Part shown: in pieces, positions 48,627 to 64,000 of the stretch
How positions within the stretch are numbered: the stretch's first letter is position 1
Layout of the letters: every line of letters begins with the position of its first letter
From: Eimeria praecox
Taxonomy: Eukaryota
Reading direction: 5' to 3'
DNA: 64,000 nt
Assembly (NCBI GenBank): GCA_963920595.1
Contig: OY986949.1
Coordinates: forward strand, 2,914,001-2,978,000
Notes under the pieces: generated by a model
Told to the model about the DNA's origin: nothing
Seen by the model: only the letters and a program-made list of their open reading frames with translations
The model's database searches: none
Made by a program: the position numbers and the translations under genes

Positions 48627-51600
48627 AAAGATCAGGAGCAGCAAGGGCAGCAGCAGCAGGAAAAGAAGTGGGGGCAGGATTGCATGGCAGTCGAAGCGGT
48701 CTCGTCTGGGGCTCTGAGGGCGGAGGTGGAGGCATCTCTACTTGCTGCTGTTGCTGCTGCACAGCATCAGCTAGATGCGGTTTTAAAGCGCGTGCATGCA
48801 GAGATTCACGAGCGGACAGTAGCAGCAGCAACAGCAGCAGCAGCTGCTGCTTCAGGTGCGGATGACGAGCAGCAGCAGCAGCAACAGCAGTGCCCGCAGA
48901 CGAGCATCTTGAGTGCAGAGACACAAGAAGAGGTTCTATGTCTCATTCAGGCATTCGTTCCCTTCTTCTCTCGGGTGTCTAGACAGCTCTCCCTCTTAGC
49001 TGCTTCCCAGCTGGACTTGAATGCAGGACAGGTGCCGCCGGCCATAGAAATCCCCCCAGCCGTGCATACATTTATCTTAGGTCTTATTTCTCTTTATGGG
49101 GACATATTTGCTGTTTTGGCTCTTCGGGCTGCGAGGTCTCTTGATGACTGCGTCTTTCCCTTTGCTGCTGTCACAGCAGCAGCAGCAGCAGCTGAAACTG
49201 CAGCAAAGACTCTGCGCGGCTGTCCTTTCCCATCGGCCGAACTCAAGGAGGAATTTGTTTTGGGTGTTGTCGCCTCTCTTCCTGTACTTCTCTCCTCCTT
49301 GCAGGCCTTCAGAATCTTTCTTAATGAGACCCCAGAAGCGCCTCCTGCTGTTGTTGCCCCCGCAGCCCCGGCTGCAGCAGCAGGAACAGCAGCAGCTGGA
49401 GCGTTGGGTGCGTCGGCTTCACCCTCAGAGGTCCCCGACACGGAGCGACAACAGGTTTCTCAGCAGCAGCAGCAGCAGCAGCAACAGCAACACTCGGCTG
49501 CCGCTGGTGCTGCAGTGTCCACTGCGGAGCTGCTAGGGGAGACCGGGAAGCTGCCCTCGCTTGCTGCTGGAGTTTGCATGTGGGGTGTGGCTGTGGGGTC
49601 TCCATATGCTCGTTTGGTGGCCCCTTTGTCTCCCCAGCAGATAGCGGAAGACCTGAAGCTGAAGCCGGAGGCAAGCAGCAACGGTGCTGCTGCTGCTCCT
49701 ATCCTTGCAACGGCTCTAGGCGCTCCTATCCCCGTGTCTACTATATTTGCTGCTAGGATTCCGGTGTCTGGATGCTTTTTGCACCCTGCTGCAGTGCGGC
49801 TGGCTGCAGGCATTTCCTCTTTCATTCTGGTTGAGCTTGTTGCTGTAGCTTCTGTCTGCTGCTGCTGCTTCCTCACGGGCGAAACTAAGAGGTTCAGCAC
49901 GCTTCCCATAGCTGGGCTGCCGGGCGGGGCTGCGGCGGGGGCCCTGAACAGCGGTTCTTCGGGGGGCGCAGCAGCAGCAGCAGCAGCAGCGGCAGCGGCG
50001 GTCACCGCAGCTGTCACTGCGCGAAAGGGCAGCCTTTGGAAGGATGTAACGAGCAGCAGCCAGATCATTCGTCTGGGCCTGTGTGCTCTGCTACAGCTAG
50101 CGGGGGCCCCCCTGGAGTGCGCAGGCACAGCAGAGCAGTCCCAGGCTGCTAACGGGGGCCCCTCCGGGGACCCCATCAGGGTTCGCTGGCAGCTGCATCC
50201 GCTAACGTTCTTGGGCCCGACAAACAACCAGGTTACTTCGGCTGGTGCTGATGGCTTTGGGGGCTCGTGCCCCACGGCTGCTGCTCCTGCGCAGCAACAG
50301 CAGCAGCAGCAGCCGCAGGGAGCGCTTGGGGCGGCTGGCGCTACGGGACCATCAGGAGCAGCAGCGGCAGCAGGAGCTGCTGGGGCTGTGACAAATGGAG
50401 GGGGAGGCAGCAGCATCTTCGAGGCAGCAGATGAACGAGCTGCTCTGGATGCAAGCGAGTACGCGTTGAGGCTGTCTCATTTGCTGTGGGGAGCTGTTGA
50501 GGTGGAGGTGGCTGTCCGAGAGCTGCAGGATATCGGAGCGCAGCAGCAGGCTGCAGGGGGTGGGTCGGCTGGTGCAAATGCAGCAGCTGAGAAGGCGAAA
50601 GCTGCGGCAGCAGCAGCAGCAGCTGCTGCTGCTGCACCGGCCGCAGCCACCACCAGCAACAGCACCGGCAGCAGCAGCAGCAAGAGCAAGCGAAGCCAGT
50701 CACACTACCCCAAACCCCCCGTATCGCAACCGCTGCCGCTGCAGGGCCTCCCAGGCTGGTTGAGCAGTTGCTACTGGAGCGAGGCGGAGCTGCCCTGGGA
50801 CAGGACAGACAGCGAGAAGGAGGCAGAGGCAGAGGCGGCGGTGGGTTGACGCGTTCACATACATATTTGGGGTGTATAGACAGGGGGGCAGCGATGTGTA
50901 GGGGCTTAGGGTTTAGCTGCTTCACCAGCTGCATGCTGCAGCGCAGCATGTGCTGGAGGAGGCGTGTTGTTTGTAGGGGAGCGTGTTCGTGTTGTGTTGC
51001 TGCTCAAGCGTGCTGCTGCTGTTGCTGCTGTGTTGTGCTGCTGCAGCGGGGCGCGAAACAGGTGGCTGGGGTGGAGCTGTTTCTGCCTCCAGGCATTGCG
51101 ACGTCATGCTTGCCACTGTCTTGTTTGCTTGTTGCTCTGCGGTGTCTGCGGACTCCGGCTATACGGCGATACGAGCGGGAGCTGCGTCCGCTGGCTGCAG
51201 CAGCAGCAGCTGCTGCTGCGGAGACGGAGGCACAGCAGCAGCAGCTGCAAGTGAGCAAGGAGACTTTCGCTGCTGTCCCTTGTTGCAGAAACGTCTTCAT
51301 GCTGGTGCCGCTGGCAGCAAGGCTGATGCTGCTTTCACGGGCTGCCACTGCAGCGCCGGCTCTCGCCCCAGGATACCTTCCTGCTGCTCCTTTGGCAGCT
51401 CGGGACGCTGCAGCGGCTGCTGCTGCTGCTGCACGAGGCATCCCCTTGCTGTGGGGGCCCCCTGGGAGTCACGCAGCAGCAGCAGCTGCTGCTGCGGCTG
51501 CTGCAGAGGCAAATGGCTGGAAGTGGGAGGCGTCAGAAGTGTATGATGTGACAGGGGATATTTCATACAAGCTAGCTTGCTGCTTCATGCTGCTGTACGG

Positions 51601-54600
51601 ACAGCCGCTGCTGCCACGGCAACCGCCTCCTCTCGACAAACTCACCATACAGACAACGAAAGAGAAACTCAAAAACACCTTCATCGAGGTCTCTCTTCCC
51701 ACCACTATGCTCGGGGTGTACATACACCGCAGCGTCCAGAGGTGCACCGGTTGGAGCCTGCATGAGAATGTAAGGGAGACACGGCATGCAGCTGGTGTTG
51801 CAAGAGCACGCACCTCAGCAACAGCAACAACAGCAGCAGAAGCAGCAGCAGAAGCAGCAGCAGATGCCGCAGCGCGTTTGCAAACCCCAAACCCTACCCC
51901 TCAGTCTTCCGCAGAGCCCAAGAGCTACAGCAGGGCTTGTATCTTTGGGGGAGTTTTTTCTTTTTATTGTGCTGTGTATTTTATTTTAAATGCTGTGTTT
52001 TGTGTCTGTGGATCTCTGCCTGGTGGTGTCGCTTAGGGCTTTGTGGTGTTGCCTGTATCTGCTCCTTGTATTTGTATATTCTTCTTTCTCTTCTCTGTCG
52101 TTCTTTGAACTGAGCCCTTTCCCTACTTTCCTGTTTCCTCTTACGTTTTTCGACATTCAAGGCTTTTTTATCTCCTCTTCTTCTGCATGTTGGTTTATCT
52201 TTGTGATATTTATATTATTTGTTCTCTCTTTTTCTTGTTTTTCTGTGTGTGTCTGTTCTGGGTTAACACACGTTTCTGTGTTCTGTTGTGTTGTGTTCTG
52301 TTCTGTGTTCTGCAGGATTTCCTGCTGAATTCTCTGCTAGTTCCCTCGCGAGAAACTCGCGAGTTTGCGCGTTTTGCTGTTACAGCTGCTGATCTGTTTT
52401 GTTTTAATAGCCCAAAGCCACCTGAAGGCAGTCGCCCTTCTTCTGTGCCCCCCTTCTTGACGAATTACACCACCAACAGCAGCAGCAATAGTAATAACAC
52501 CAAGGGGGTTGGGGGTGGATGCATATGCTGTAATACGACGGGGGATAGCTTGTGGGAGTGTGTCGGGGAGCCTCTGGCGGCGCCTCCTTACCTTCGACGT
52601 TTTCTTATTGACTCGAATGGTGTGGGCTCTGTTTCTCCTTTCATCTTGGGCAGCAACCCCAATAGGCCCTGCTGTCTGCCGACGCTGCTATCTGTATGCA
52701 GCTACGCTCGTGCCCAGGAGCTGACGTTGATGCCCCCTTCACCCAAGCCTCATTTCCCTTTCTTCCTGCAGTTCATACCCAAACAGCAGCAGCAGCAGCA
52801 ACAACAGCAGCAGCAAAAGCAGCAGCAGGAGCAACAGCTTGAGCCGCTTCCGGACCGCATTGCCCTCACGCGTCTCTCGGTGCTGCAGCAACACAACGAT
52901 CAGATGAAGCAGTTGCTGCAACAGCAAGCAGCTCTGCTGCTGCTGCTGCTACCATCGCCAACGCTACAGCTGCTACGTCGCCAGTCTCTTGCAGCAGTGG
53001 GGGGACAGCTGCCTCCGCTGCCTCTGCTAGAAGCAGCCTTCCAGGTCTCTCCTGGTGCTGCACCATTTGCTGCTGTAATAGGGGCATCGGGTGCTGTCGC
53101 TAGTGCTGCAGTGGAGCTGCTAACGGCTCGCCCCACACATCTGCTGCCAGCCTCGCTGCGACAGTATCCGCTGCACCTGCTGTTGCAGCTGCTGCAGTCG
53201 CAGAGGGCTGCTGCTGCCGAAGTTGAGGCTCTTGAGCGCATAGGCCTTGCAACAAGAGCAGCAGCAGGAGGCCCTCCCAACAACCCTTTGCTTTGGGAGG
53301 CACTCCGTGCGGTGCTGCTGGAGCTGACGCTACTGCTGCTGGACCGCTTCGCCTCGACGGGGGGCTGGCAGCAACAGCAACAACAACAGCAACACGGAGA
53401 GCTGCTGCAGCAGCAGCATTGGGAGTGGGTGGTTGCAGAGGGGGACAAAGTGCCGTCACCGTTGGTGCTGCTGCTGCTATTCTCACAAGCACATCTCGTA
53501 GCCAACGTATCGGCTGAGTTGTGGCGCTGCTTCTTGCAGCTGAACTGCAGCAAGGCAAAGGGAGCATCAGCAGCAGCAACAGCAGCAACAACAGCAACTG
53601 CAGCAGCAGAGGGAAAGGCGAGTGATGTGCTGCTCGATACAGTCAAAGCTTTCAGCCCGAAACATCTCACGGGGGCAGAGGCGGAGTGGTCCTACCTTGC
53701 AGCAAAGACAGACGGGCTTTTGCTGCTGCTGTTGCAGTTCTCACACTTCAATTCTCCCTCAACAGGTGTATCCGCAGGAGAAAATGGAGGGGAAAGTGCT
53801 GAAGATGGTGCTGCAATGGCTGAGGATGCAGCTGCCAGCAGCAGCAGCACCGGGACGCTTGCTGCAGCAGAGGCAGCACTGCAGCACGCGCATTGGTGGC
53901 GGCGAGTGGGAGACTGCCGACGTCTGTCTTCTTTGTTTTGTTTGTCGTCTCTTTCTGGGAAGGGGGAGGAGCTGACAGAACGCCAGCAGCAAATAAAGCA
54001 GCAGCGCGGGGTGTCTGTACACCTGTCTTCGCGGCAGTTGCTGTCTCTGGCGGCTTGCAGCGCCAGCAGCAGCAACACGAAGAAGGACATTGTGGTGCTC
54101 TACGGCTTTGCTGCAGAAGCCAGCCGCCTCCTCTCTTTCATGTTCAACGGTGTTCTGCCCCCGCCGGTTCGTGGGGCCCCTTCAGAGTGGGTGGGCGCGT
54201 TGCAGCAGCAGGAAGAGGAGTTAGGGTGTACAGACGCGCTGAAGGATGCTTTGAGTTTGTCGGCGTCCTTCAGCCGAGCGAGGGAATGGGCAGAACCTCC
54301 TGCTTTTTTCTTCTCCTTGCTGTTAATTCGTGCCAAGTGCTTCCGACGAATTGCTGCAGTTGCTGCTGCTCCAGCTGCTGCAGCAGGCGGTGATGCACGC
54401 AGCGGCGATGCAGCTGCAGCCGCCGCTGCGGCTGTTGCTGCAGTTGCTGAAGCAGCTGAAGCATCTTATCCGCAGCCTGTGCCGGACATTGCTGCTTTGA
54501 CTGCTGCTGCTGCTGCAGCAGCAGCCGGAGGCGGTGCTGCAGCAGACAGCAGCAGCAGCGCTCCCAACGGCGACACCAAAGGAGAGGGATCGCAGCGAAC

Positions 54601-57600
54601 GCCAACAGGCGAAGGAGCAGCAACAACAGCAACGGCAGGAGCAGCAGCAGGGTCGGCGAAACCTGCTGCTGCTGCTGCTCCTACCGTGAGTAGTCTGCAT
54701 GCTGTTGCTTTGTGTGATGCTGCTGACGCGCTGCTTCTCTCCTGCATTCAGGCCTTCGGGGCTGACAGCATATTGGCTGGTGAGGGACGTAGCCCTCAGC
54801 TCAGTCCTTGTTCACCCCGCAGTGGCAACCACGTTCAGCGCAACTCCGACGGCAGCAGCAGCAGCAGGAGCAGTCTCAGCTGCCAGAGGGCAGCAGCAGC
54901 AGAAGAGGGCCGGCGTTTCCTCTCTTCCCAAGTGTCTCTTCAGCTGTATTTAGAGCACGCGGGAGACATTGAGAGCCTTGTAGAGGCTGACGGAGACATC
55001 ATGCCCATTGTGCTTCCTCTCTACCGGCTGCATGCGATGAGGGTGCGGCTGCTGCTGCAGTCTGGTGGCAGACTCTGGCGTCTTGCTGCTCTCTTCCCGT
55101 GGAAGTACACCCGGCCGCAGCAACAGCAGGAGCAGCAGGAGACACTGGCAGCTTTAGACGCAGCTCTGTATATGTGGAGGACAGGGAAAGTTGAGGCACT
55201 GTTGCAGCAGCAGCAACAGCAGCAGCCAGTGCTTCCTGGCGACCATCTGCTGCCTCTGCAGAGCGCAGCAGACGTGATGAGAGATGCAGTCGACTGTCTT
55301 CAGTATCTTGCTGCCAAGAGGTGAGAGCTGCTGCGCTGCTGTCTGTATGGGGGCCGTATGCCTGGCGGCCTTTGAGCTGTACATACACCGCATGTCCGTG
55401 TATATTGTACTGAGCGAGCGCTGTACACTATGTATGTACACTGGAGCTGTCGGTGCAGCCATTGATAATGAATTGCAGATAGATCAAAGTCTGTAGCTGC
55501 AGCTGCCTGTGGAAGCATGCGCCTCTTCTTGGGTTTGTTTCGGGGCTTTCATCTGCATGCGTGTGGCGCTGGAGCTCTCATTCACTGCTGTGGGGCAGCC
55601 CCTTGAACTTGTGTTTTTTTTCGTTGCTGCTTTGAATGCAGGCAGCTGAGCTCGTGGGCGTCTACACCTCGCTACCTGCTGGCCAGATTAGCTCTGGCTG
55701 GAGGCGAATTTGGGGCTGCATGCAAGCAAATCAAGCATTTGTTTTCTCGGGGATCCATTCGCCTGGCAGCCCCCGACTCGTGGATGAGCAACCACTATCA
55801 GGCCTTCAGAGCGCGGCGGCGCGGGTTCGATTACCGGCGGCTGAAGATTTGTTACCTTTTGCAAGACACCATCCGAGGCCTTGCACAGGGGGCACTTGCT
55901 GCTGCGGAAGAGGGCAAGCAGCGACAGCTGCAGCAACAGCAGCAGCAGCAGCAAAAGAAGAAGACGGAACAGCAGCAACAGCCGCAGCAAGGTGTGGTGC
56001 TGCCCGAAGGTTGGGTTTTCGGTGGCGTTGAGCGCATCGAGAGGCTAGATGAACTGCATGCAGCGATGAAGATATTGGCGGAAACTTTGGACGTGCAGCT
56101 GAAGTTGCTGCGCCGGCTACAGCAGCGACTGCAGCAGCAGCAGCTGCAGCAGCAGCAGCAGTCTCAGCAGCAACAGCAGGAGGCGGCCGACGAGGAGGTG
56201 CGGCTCACGAGCATGCCACTGCAGGTAAAGATTATCGAGGTGCTGTTGGCTGCTGCAGCAGAAGCTTTTGGGGCTTTAACTGAGGCGACACCTGAAGTTT
56301 TGGATATGAGCGAAATGCGAAGAGCCATCAGCATAATGTTTCCGCAGAACGAGTTGCCACCGGCTGAGTTGCAGTGTACGTACACCCCAGAGACGGCGGC
56401 GATGGACAAACGGCTGTTGATATTCCTCCGCGATATTGTTTCCTGCACGCGTTCTTGCCTGGCAGACTTGGCGGAGGGTGTAGACAGCGAGTTGCTGCAG
56501 GGTCCTGTGGCCCTTGTTCGTGAGTTGGAGGCGGGATTTGTTGCTCTGGATGCTGTCTTTGTGGCTGCATGCAAGAAGCTGCTATACTGCAATCCTGCGG
56601 CCTCGCAGCATGCTGTTAGTATGCGTCTAAGCCTGGGACAGCAGGTCCGGTGTAGCAGTCAAATGCGAGACATAGATGATGGGAGGGAGGCTCAAGCAGC
56701 CCTGCAGAGGGCGTTGAGAGCAGACGGATGCCAGGGAGTTGCTTCAGGCCGTGGCCGGGGAAGAGGACGGGGGGCCTACGGTGGCAGAGGAGCTGCTGCA
56801 GCAGCACGCGCTCAAGCAGCAGCAGCAGCAGCGGCTGCTGCTGCTTCAAGTTCTGCTGCACCTGCCGCTGCTGTGCTCCCAACGGCCGCCACCCCAGCGG
56901 CTCCTGCTGCTCCTGCTGCTGCTGCTGCTGCTGCTACACGAGGCGCCAGCAGGCAGCAACGCAGGGCAGCTCGCAGCCAAAGAATGGGGGGCGAATACTT
57001 CGAGGGACATATTTCAGATGGAGATCAAATACGCATCACAGAAGATGCTTCGCAGCAACAGCAGCAGCAACAGCAGCAGCAACAGCAGCAGCAACAGCAG
57101 CAGCAACAGCAGCAGCAGCAACAGCAGCAGCAGCACGTGCAACAGCAGCAGCAGCAGCAACAACGCAGACAGACCCAATTGCAACAACAACAAGACATCC
57201 TCAAGCAGCAGCGCTTGCCGCAGCAACAACAACTGCAACAGCAACAAATTCAGCAACAGCTCTTGCAGCAACAACTGCAACAGCAGCAACTGCAACAGCA
57301 GCGACAGTTACAGCAGCAGCAAGCGCAGCTGCAGCAGCTGCGGCAGCCACAGGTGCAAAGTAGCCAGCAGTTGCAGCAGCAGACACAGGCGCAGCAGCTG
57401 CGACAGCCACAATTGCAAGCACAGCAGTTGCAGCAGCAGGCACAGCAGTTGCAGCAGCAGGCACAGCAGCAGCAGCTGCGACTGCCACAGCTGCAAGCAC
57501 AGCAGGTGCAGCAACAGGCACAGCAGCTGCAGCAACAGCTGCAGCAACAACAGCAACTACGAAGCGTGCCATCCCAGCTGCAACAGCAGCTGCAGCAGCA

Positions 57601-58186
57601 GCAGCTACAGCAGCAGCTGCAACAGCAAGTTCAACAACATCAGTTGCAAGTACAACAGTTACAGCAGCCTCAACTGCAGCAACAACTGCAGCAGCAGCAG
57701 CTGCAGCAACAGCTGCTTCAGCAGCAGTTGCAGCGGCAGCAGCAGTTGCAGCAACAGCAGCGGCAACAACCGCTTGCAACACCCCAGTTGCATCAGCAGT
57801 TGCTGTTGCAGCACGGGCAGCAACAGCTGCTGCTGCAACAGAGGCAGCAGCAGCTTCTGCAACAGCAACAATTGCTGCAGCTTCAGAAGTCCGGATTATC
57901 GGGTAAAGAAGCGCAGCCAGTGGGTGCAGCGGCGCAGCTGCAGCAGCTGCAGCTGCAGCGCCATTTGCTGCAGCAGCAGTTGCTGCAGCATCAACAGATG
58001 TTACAGCAACAACAGCAGCAGCTTTTACAGCAGCAGCTGCAGCAAGGAGCCGCAGACAAGCGCAGCGCTGCCTGGGCTTCACCGGGGGAGCAGCAGCAGA
58101 AGAAACAGAAGGCGGAAGGTGAGGGAAACATCAGCAGCAGCAGCAGCGGCGCCCCAGCCGAGGCCCAGGAAGTGCAGCAGCAGTGA
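43935..58186 (+). CDS. Very large multi-exon TPR/alpha-solenoid protein, probable Hir3/CABIN1 (HIRA histone-chaperone complex) homolog, with C-terminal poly-Q
   Basis: In-phase GT-AG exons: 43935-44346, 44623-45468, 45591-45810, 45882-46281, 46528-46991, 47128-47344, 47555-47798, 47896-50840, 51047-51769, 52316-55320, 55642-58186. TPR-like FALVTMAEALRAMGNYEDSLLCYTESL and YCRFALESVLLLSPGHPEAAARLVKVLLLQGD; C-terminal IVLPLYRLHAMRVRLL and WASTPRYLLARLALAGGEFGAACKQIKHLFS. The gene is well supported, while the product identity is moderate. Confidence 0.6.
57053..58045 (+). repeat. Coding CAG/CAA repeat region (poly-Q, about 330 codons)
   Basis: (CAGCAGCAGCAA)n at 57053-57133, followed by Q-rich QQL/QAQ repeats. 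Confidence 0.95.
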
Positions 58187-59009
58187 ATTGAGTCTTTATT
58201 TTTGACTGTTTAGTTCTTGTATTGACTGCTGCAAGCTGCAGCTGTTGCTGCTCCTACTGTTGCTGTGGACCGACAGCTGTGTGCTGCAGCAAGTGGTTGT
58301 TGCAACAAGCTGCAGCTGCTGCTGCAGCAGAAGCCCGCAGTGTTAAAGTTTGCTGCTAGTGTTTGGTTGGGCGCCCCACACTCTCTGTAGCTCCATGGGT
58401 CAACTGCCGATACACCGCAGCGTCTGCCGAAGGCGGCAGCCCCCCAGAAGCCAGCGTGATGCGCAGAGCTGCATCTGCTGCAGCAGCAGGACTGCTGCAG
58501 CAGCAGGATGGCTGCAGCAGCAGCACCACTTGCAGCAGCAACTTCCCGAGCAGAACAAATTTGTCAGAAGCATTAGCCTGAATAGCAATGAGTAGGCTGT
58601 CCGTACACCTGAAGCCGCTGCTCTGTGCCACCGCAGCTTACTTAGTATTCCTTGAAGCAGAGAGGTACATACATTAGCTGCAAATTCAGTTATTAGATGT
58701 AACGAGAAAAACAATAAGATGTTCGACGGCACCGGCTGCAAGAGCTGCAGCAGCAGCAGCAGCGCCAGAACATAAGTTTTCGTGCGTACTTTGTACTGTG
58801 TATTGTCAAGAAATGCGTTTCCTCCTCTGTATTCGAGGAGTAGCTCCATTAAAATACTAAAACACAGCGACGCCTTTCGGGGGTGTATGCAGCAGCAGCA
58901 GCAGCAACTGCTGCAGCAGCACCTCCTCCTACTAGGCAGCGACAGTCTTCTCTCTTCGCTGTGTGTCCCTCATCTTGCTTGAGGTGTACATACACCCGAC
59001 TAGCAATAG

Positions 59010-60085
59010 TTAACTGCGTCGTCCCCGGGGGAACCTCCGGTTGTACGCAAAGGGGTTTTCGTTATGGTGACGCCTATCTTCTGGGGGGAAGGGGCCCCCA
59101 AAAGGCGGCGGGCCCGGACCCATTCTGGGCACCCCTGGGGGCCCCGGAGGGCCCCCGGGGGGCCCCCCCGGTATCCACCTTGGTCGAACATTGCGGGGAT
59201 ATCCCCTTGGATCTACACGAGTCATGGCAGAAGCCATCATGCAAGCCTCCAGTTCTTCTCTTGCACGTTTTCCTAACTCCCCTCCCTGACCCCCACGGCC
59301 AGGATCGTAGAAGTCACGCCACTCATCTCTCCACTGTCTTCCACTTGTGCCTGACGAGGGATAATGACACCACGCAGTGTACGTACAGCTAAATGAACAG
59401 GGAATGAAGTTCCTTCATGGGGAGGGAATGGGGGAGGAGGACGGGCTCGCAGCCTTATGCTCTGTTTGCTGCAAATCTCACCTCTCCCATACTTCCTGCT
59501 GCCGTCAATGTCTCTGCCGCTGTCTGGGTCTACGCGAATAACCCGTCCGTCGCATTGGGCTCCTGAGAGAATTTGCACAGCCACCTTCGCCTCCCGGGGA
59601 GAACGAAAAAGAACAAAGGCGAAGCCACAAGGCGCCCTTGTGAGCCGGTTGAGGCCCATCACAATGCGGTCCACGGATCCTGCATGGCTGACAAGCTGCG
59701 CGTGCAGCAACACACGCAGTATCAACACCACAACCTCAAAATTTAGGAGGAGTTCGCGGAAGGGGCGAGGGGGGGGGGGGGGGGGGGGGGGGGGTAAGCG
59801 TAAGGGTTTAGGGTATAGGCAATGCTCATATAGGCGCTGACATTATATGAACTCATGCAAGCCGCCATATGTAAGGAGGCCCAAGCTGCACGTGCAGTGC
59901 AGCTGGACTGCTGCTAGTGTTTGGCCGACCTCGTACAGCTCCTCCTCTGTTGTGAAGTAGTTCAAATTGCCAACATAGACAGCGCGAGAAGTCCTAATGG
60001 CTTCCTTCCAATCTTCCAGAGAACTACACGTTCGTCTGTCGTAGTAGGTGGGCACCTTCTCGAGGCCTTCGTACAACTCAGCCAT
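59010..60085 (-). CDS. NCBP2: Nuclear cap-binding protein subunit 2 (CBP20)
   Basis: Exons 60085-59930, 59695-59482 and 59350-59010 give MAELY..TYYDRR..SRAVYVGNLNYFTTEEELYE-LVSHAGSVDRIVMGLNRLTRAPCGFAFV..DGRVIRVDPD..KYGRG-TSGRQWRDEWRDFYDPGRGG. These are the characteristic CBP20 RRM and GRG...RDE..D.GRGG motifs. Confidence 0.95.
59769..59794 (+). repeat. 26-nt poly-G run in CBP20 intron 1, next to TTTAGGG-like repeats
   Basis: G26 followed by taagcgtaagggtttagggtatagg. Confidence 0.9.
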
Positions 60086-60790
60086 CCTGAGCTCAGGCCT
60101 ATCTGGCGTTGAAGGTGATGTTTACGGCCCTCAACTTCGCGTTTCAAAGGAACTAATCCCTTGTAATCAACTAAAAGAAATCAATGTCGATGTTATTGAG
60201 GAAAAATGTAAGGAAAGGTGAGACTGGCGGACCCAGGTCTGCAGCAGCCTTGCATGCGCTGGAAGAGCCGGAGCAGAAGCAGCAGAAAGCAGCACAATGG
60301 CTCATCTCCCTTGATTAAAAACATTAGTTTCGATATTTTCCTCTTTTAAGGAACCCGATAAACCTGGAAAGGGCGCAAGATCGCTGCTAACACCTTCACC
60401 CTGCTTCGCCGTCCAATGGGACGGCATGATGGGCCGTTTGAGTGTTTGATTGAAGAAGAATCCGCTATGAGAAGACAAAGTGACTTCGTAATTTCGCCTT
60501 CTGTTCTAAAGAAAGCTCTGTTTCACCCATTCTGACGACAGCGTTGCTCTGTTCACATCTCCGTCGTGTTTGTCCGCATCGCACACCTCCTCAGCCATTA
60601 CGACGATACCGCATTTCTTAAACTCTTTCAGCGTTCTTAATATTTATCCTTGAAAAATTTCCTTTTAACAAGACATTCTTACTCTTTTTCGCTTTCAGAA
60701 GGACTCCCCGGCGCCATCCGCAGTTGCAAATCTGAATGCAAGTCAAGTGAACGGTGGCGTAGACCAACAGAGGTGGAAAGCAAGAAGGAA

Positions 60791-63783
<2,993 letters not shown>

Positions 63784-64000
63784 GTAAGACGTATGGAGGG
63801 GTTAGCTCAGTTATCAGCATACAGCACCCAGGGGCGAGCTGTCTGTACACCCCAGAGCAGCTGGAATTGCTCTGAAACCGCTGCCGTGCCAGCGCTCCCC
63901 TGCGTTGCAGCATTTCTTTCGCTTCTCCGTGTAGTGCATGCATGCAGCACAAGCAGAAGATGATGAACATGTAGTTTGAGGGGTTGTGGGGTTAGCGTGG

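Noticed and set aside
51990..52315. Phe/Cys/Val-rich multi-TM-looking ORF
   Set aside because: It is a T-rich intron (51770-52315) with a polypyrimidine tract before the acceptor at 52315.
56739..58205. 488-aa Ser/Cys/Asn ORF resembling a metallothionein or keratin-associated protein
   Set aside because: It is the shifted frame of the poly-Q tail.

Overview
Eukaryotic, intron-rich genomic DNA with the compositional signature of a coccidian of the genus Eimeria (pervasive CAG/GCA trinucleotide tracts, interstitial AAACCCT/TTTAGGG heptamers, TGCATGCA octamers, GGGGCCCC palindromes). The organism call is an inference. By hand-splicing I reconstructed six multi-exon genes. (1) An RFC small subunit of RFC3(yeast)/RFC5(human) type on the minus strand, running off the left edge, with a GC-AG intron. 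(2) A large TKL-family kinase whose spliced N-terminal exons resemble a Sla2/HIP1-type ANTH domain. (3) A 9-exon Rab8-like GTPase ending in CCS. (4) An N-acylated 9x MORN-repeat protein. (5) A very large TPR/alpha-solenoid protein with Hir3/CABIN1-like motifs. (6) The cap-binding subunit CBP20. An APMAP/strictosidine-synthase-like hydrolase runs off the right edge. There are also two single-exon membrane-protein ORFs, one of them Gln/Pro-rich with a Tyr-rich block, and a probable pseudogene. The main hidden structure is that almost every CAG-poor spacer between 9 and 43 kb reads, across frameshifts and stops, as decayed Ty3/gypsy (chromovirus-type) retrotransposon coding sequence. I see about eight remnants on both strands, one of them nearly full-length (gag-zinc knuckle-protease-RT-RNaseH-integrase-chromodomain), and three appear to be the same family. 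All homology calls come from motif recognition by eye, with no database searches. I found no convincing evidence of a wholly new multi-gene system. The best novelty candidates are the ANTH-TKL fusion, the divergent Hir3/CABIN1-like protein and the Q/P/Y/K-rich membrane protein.
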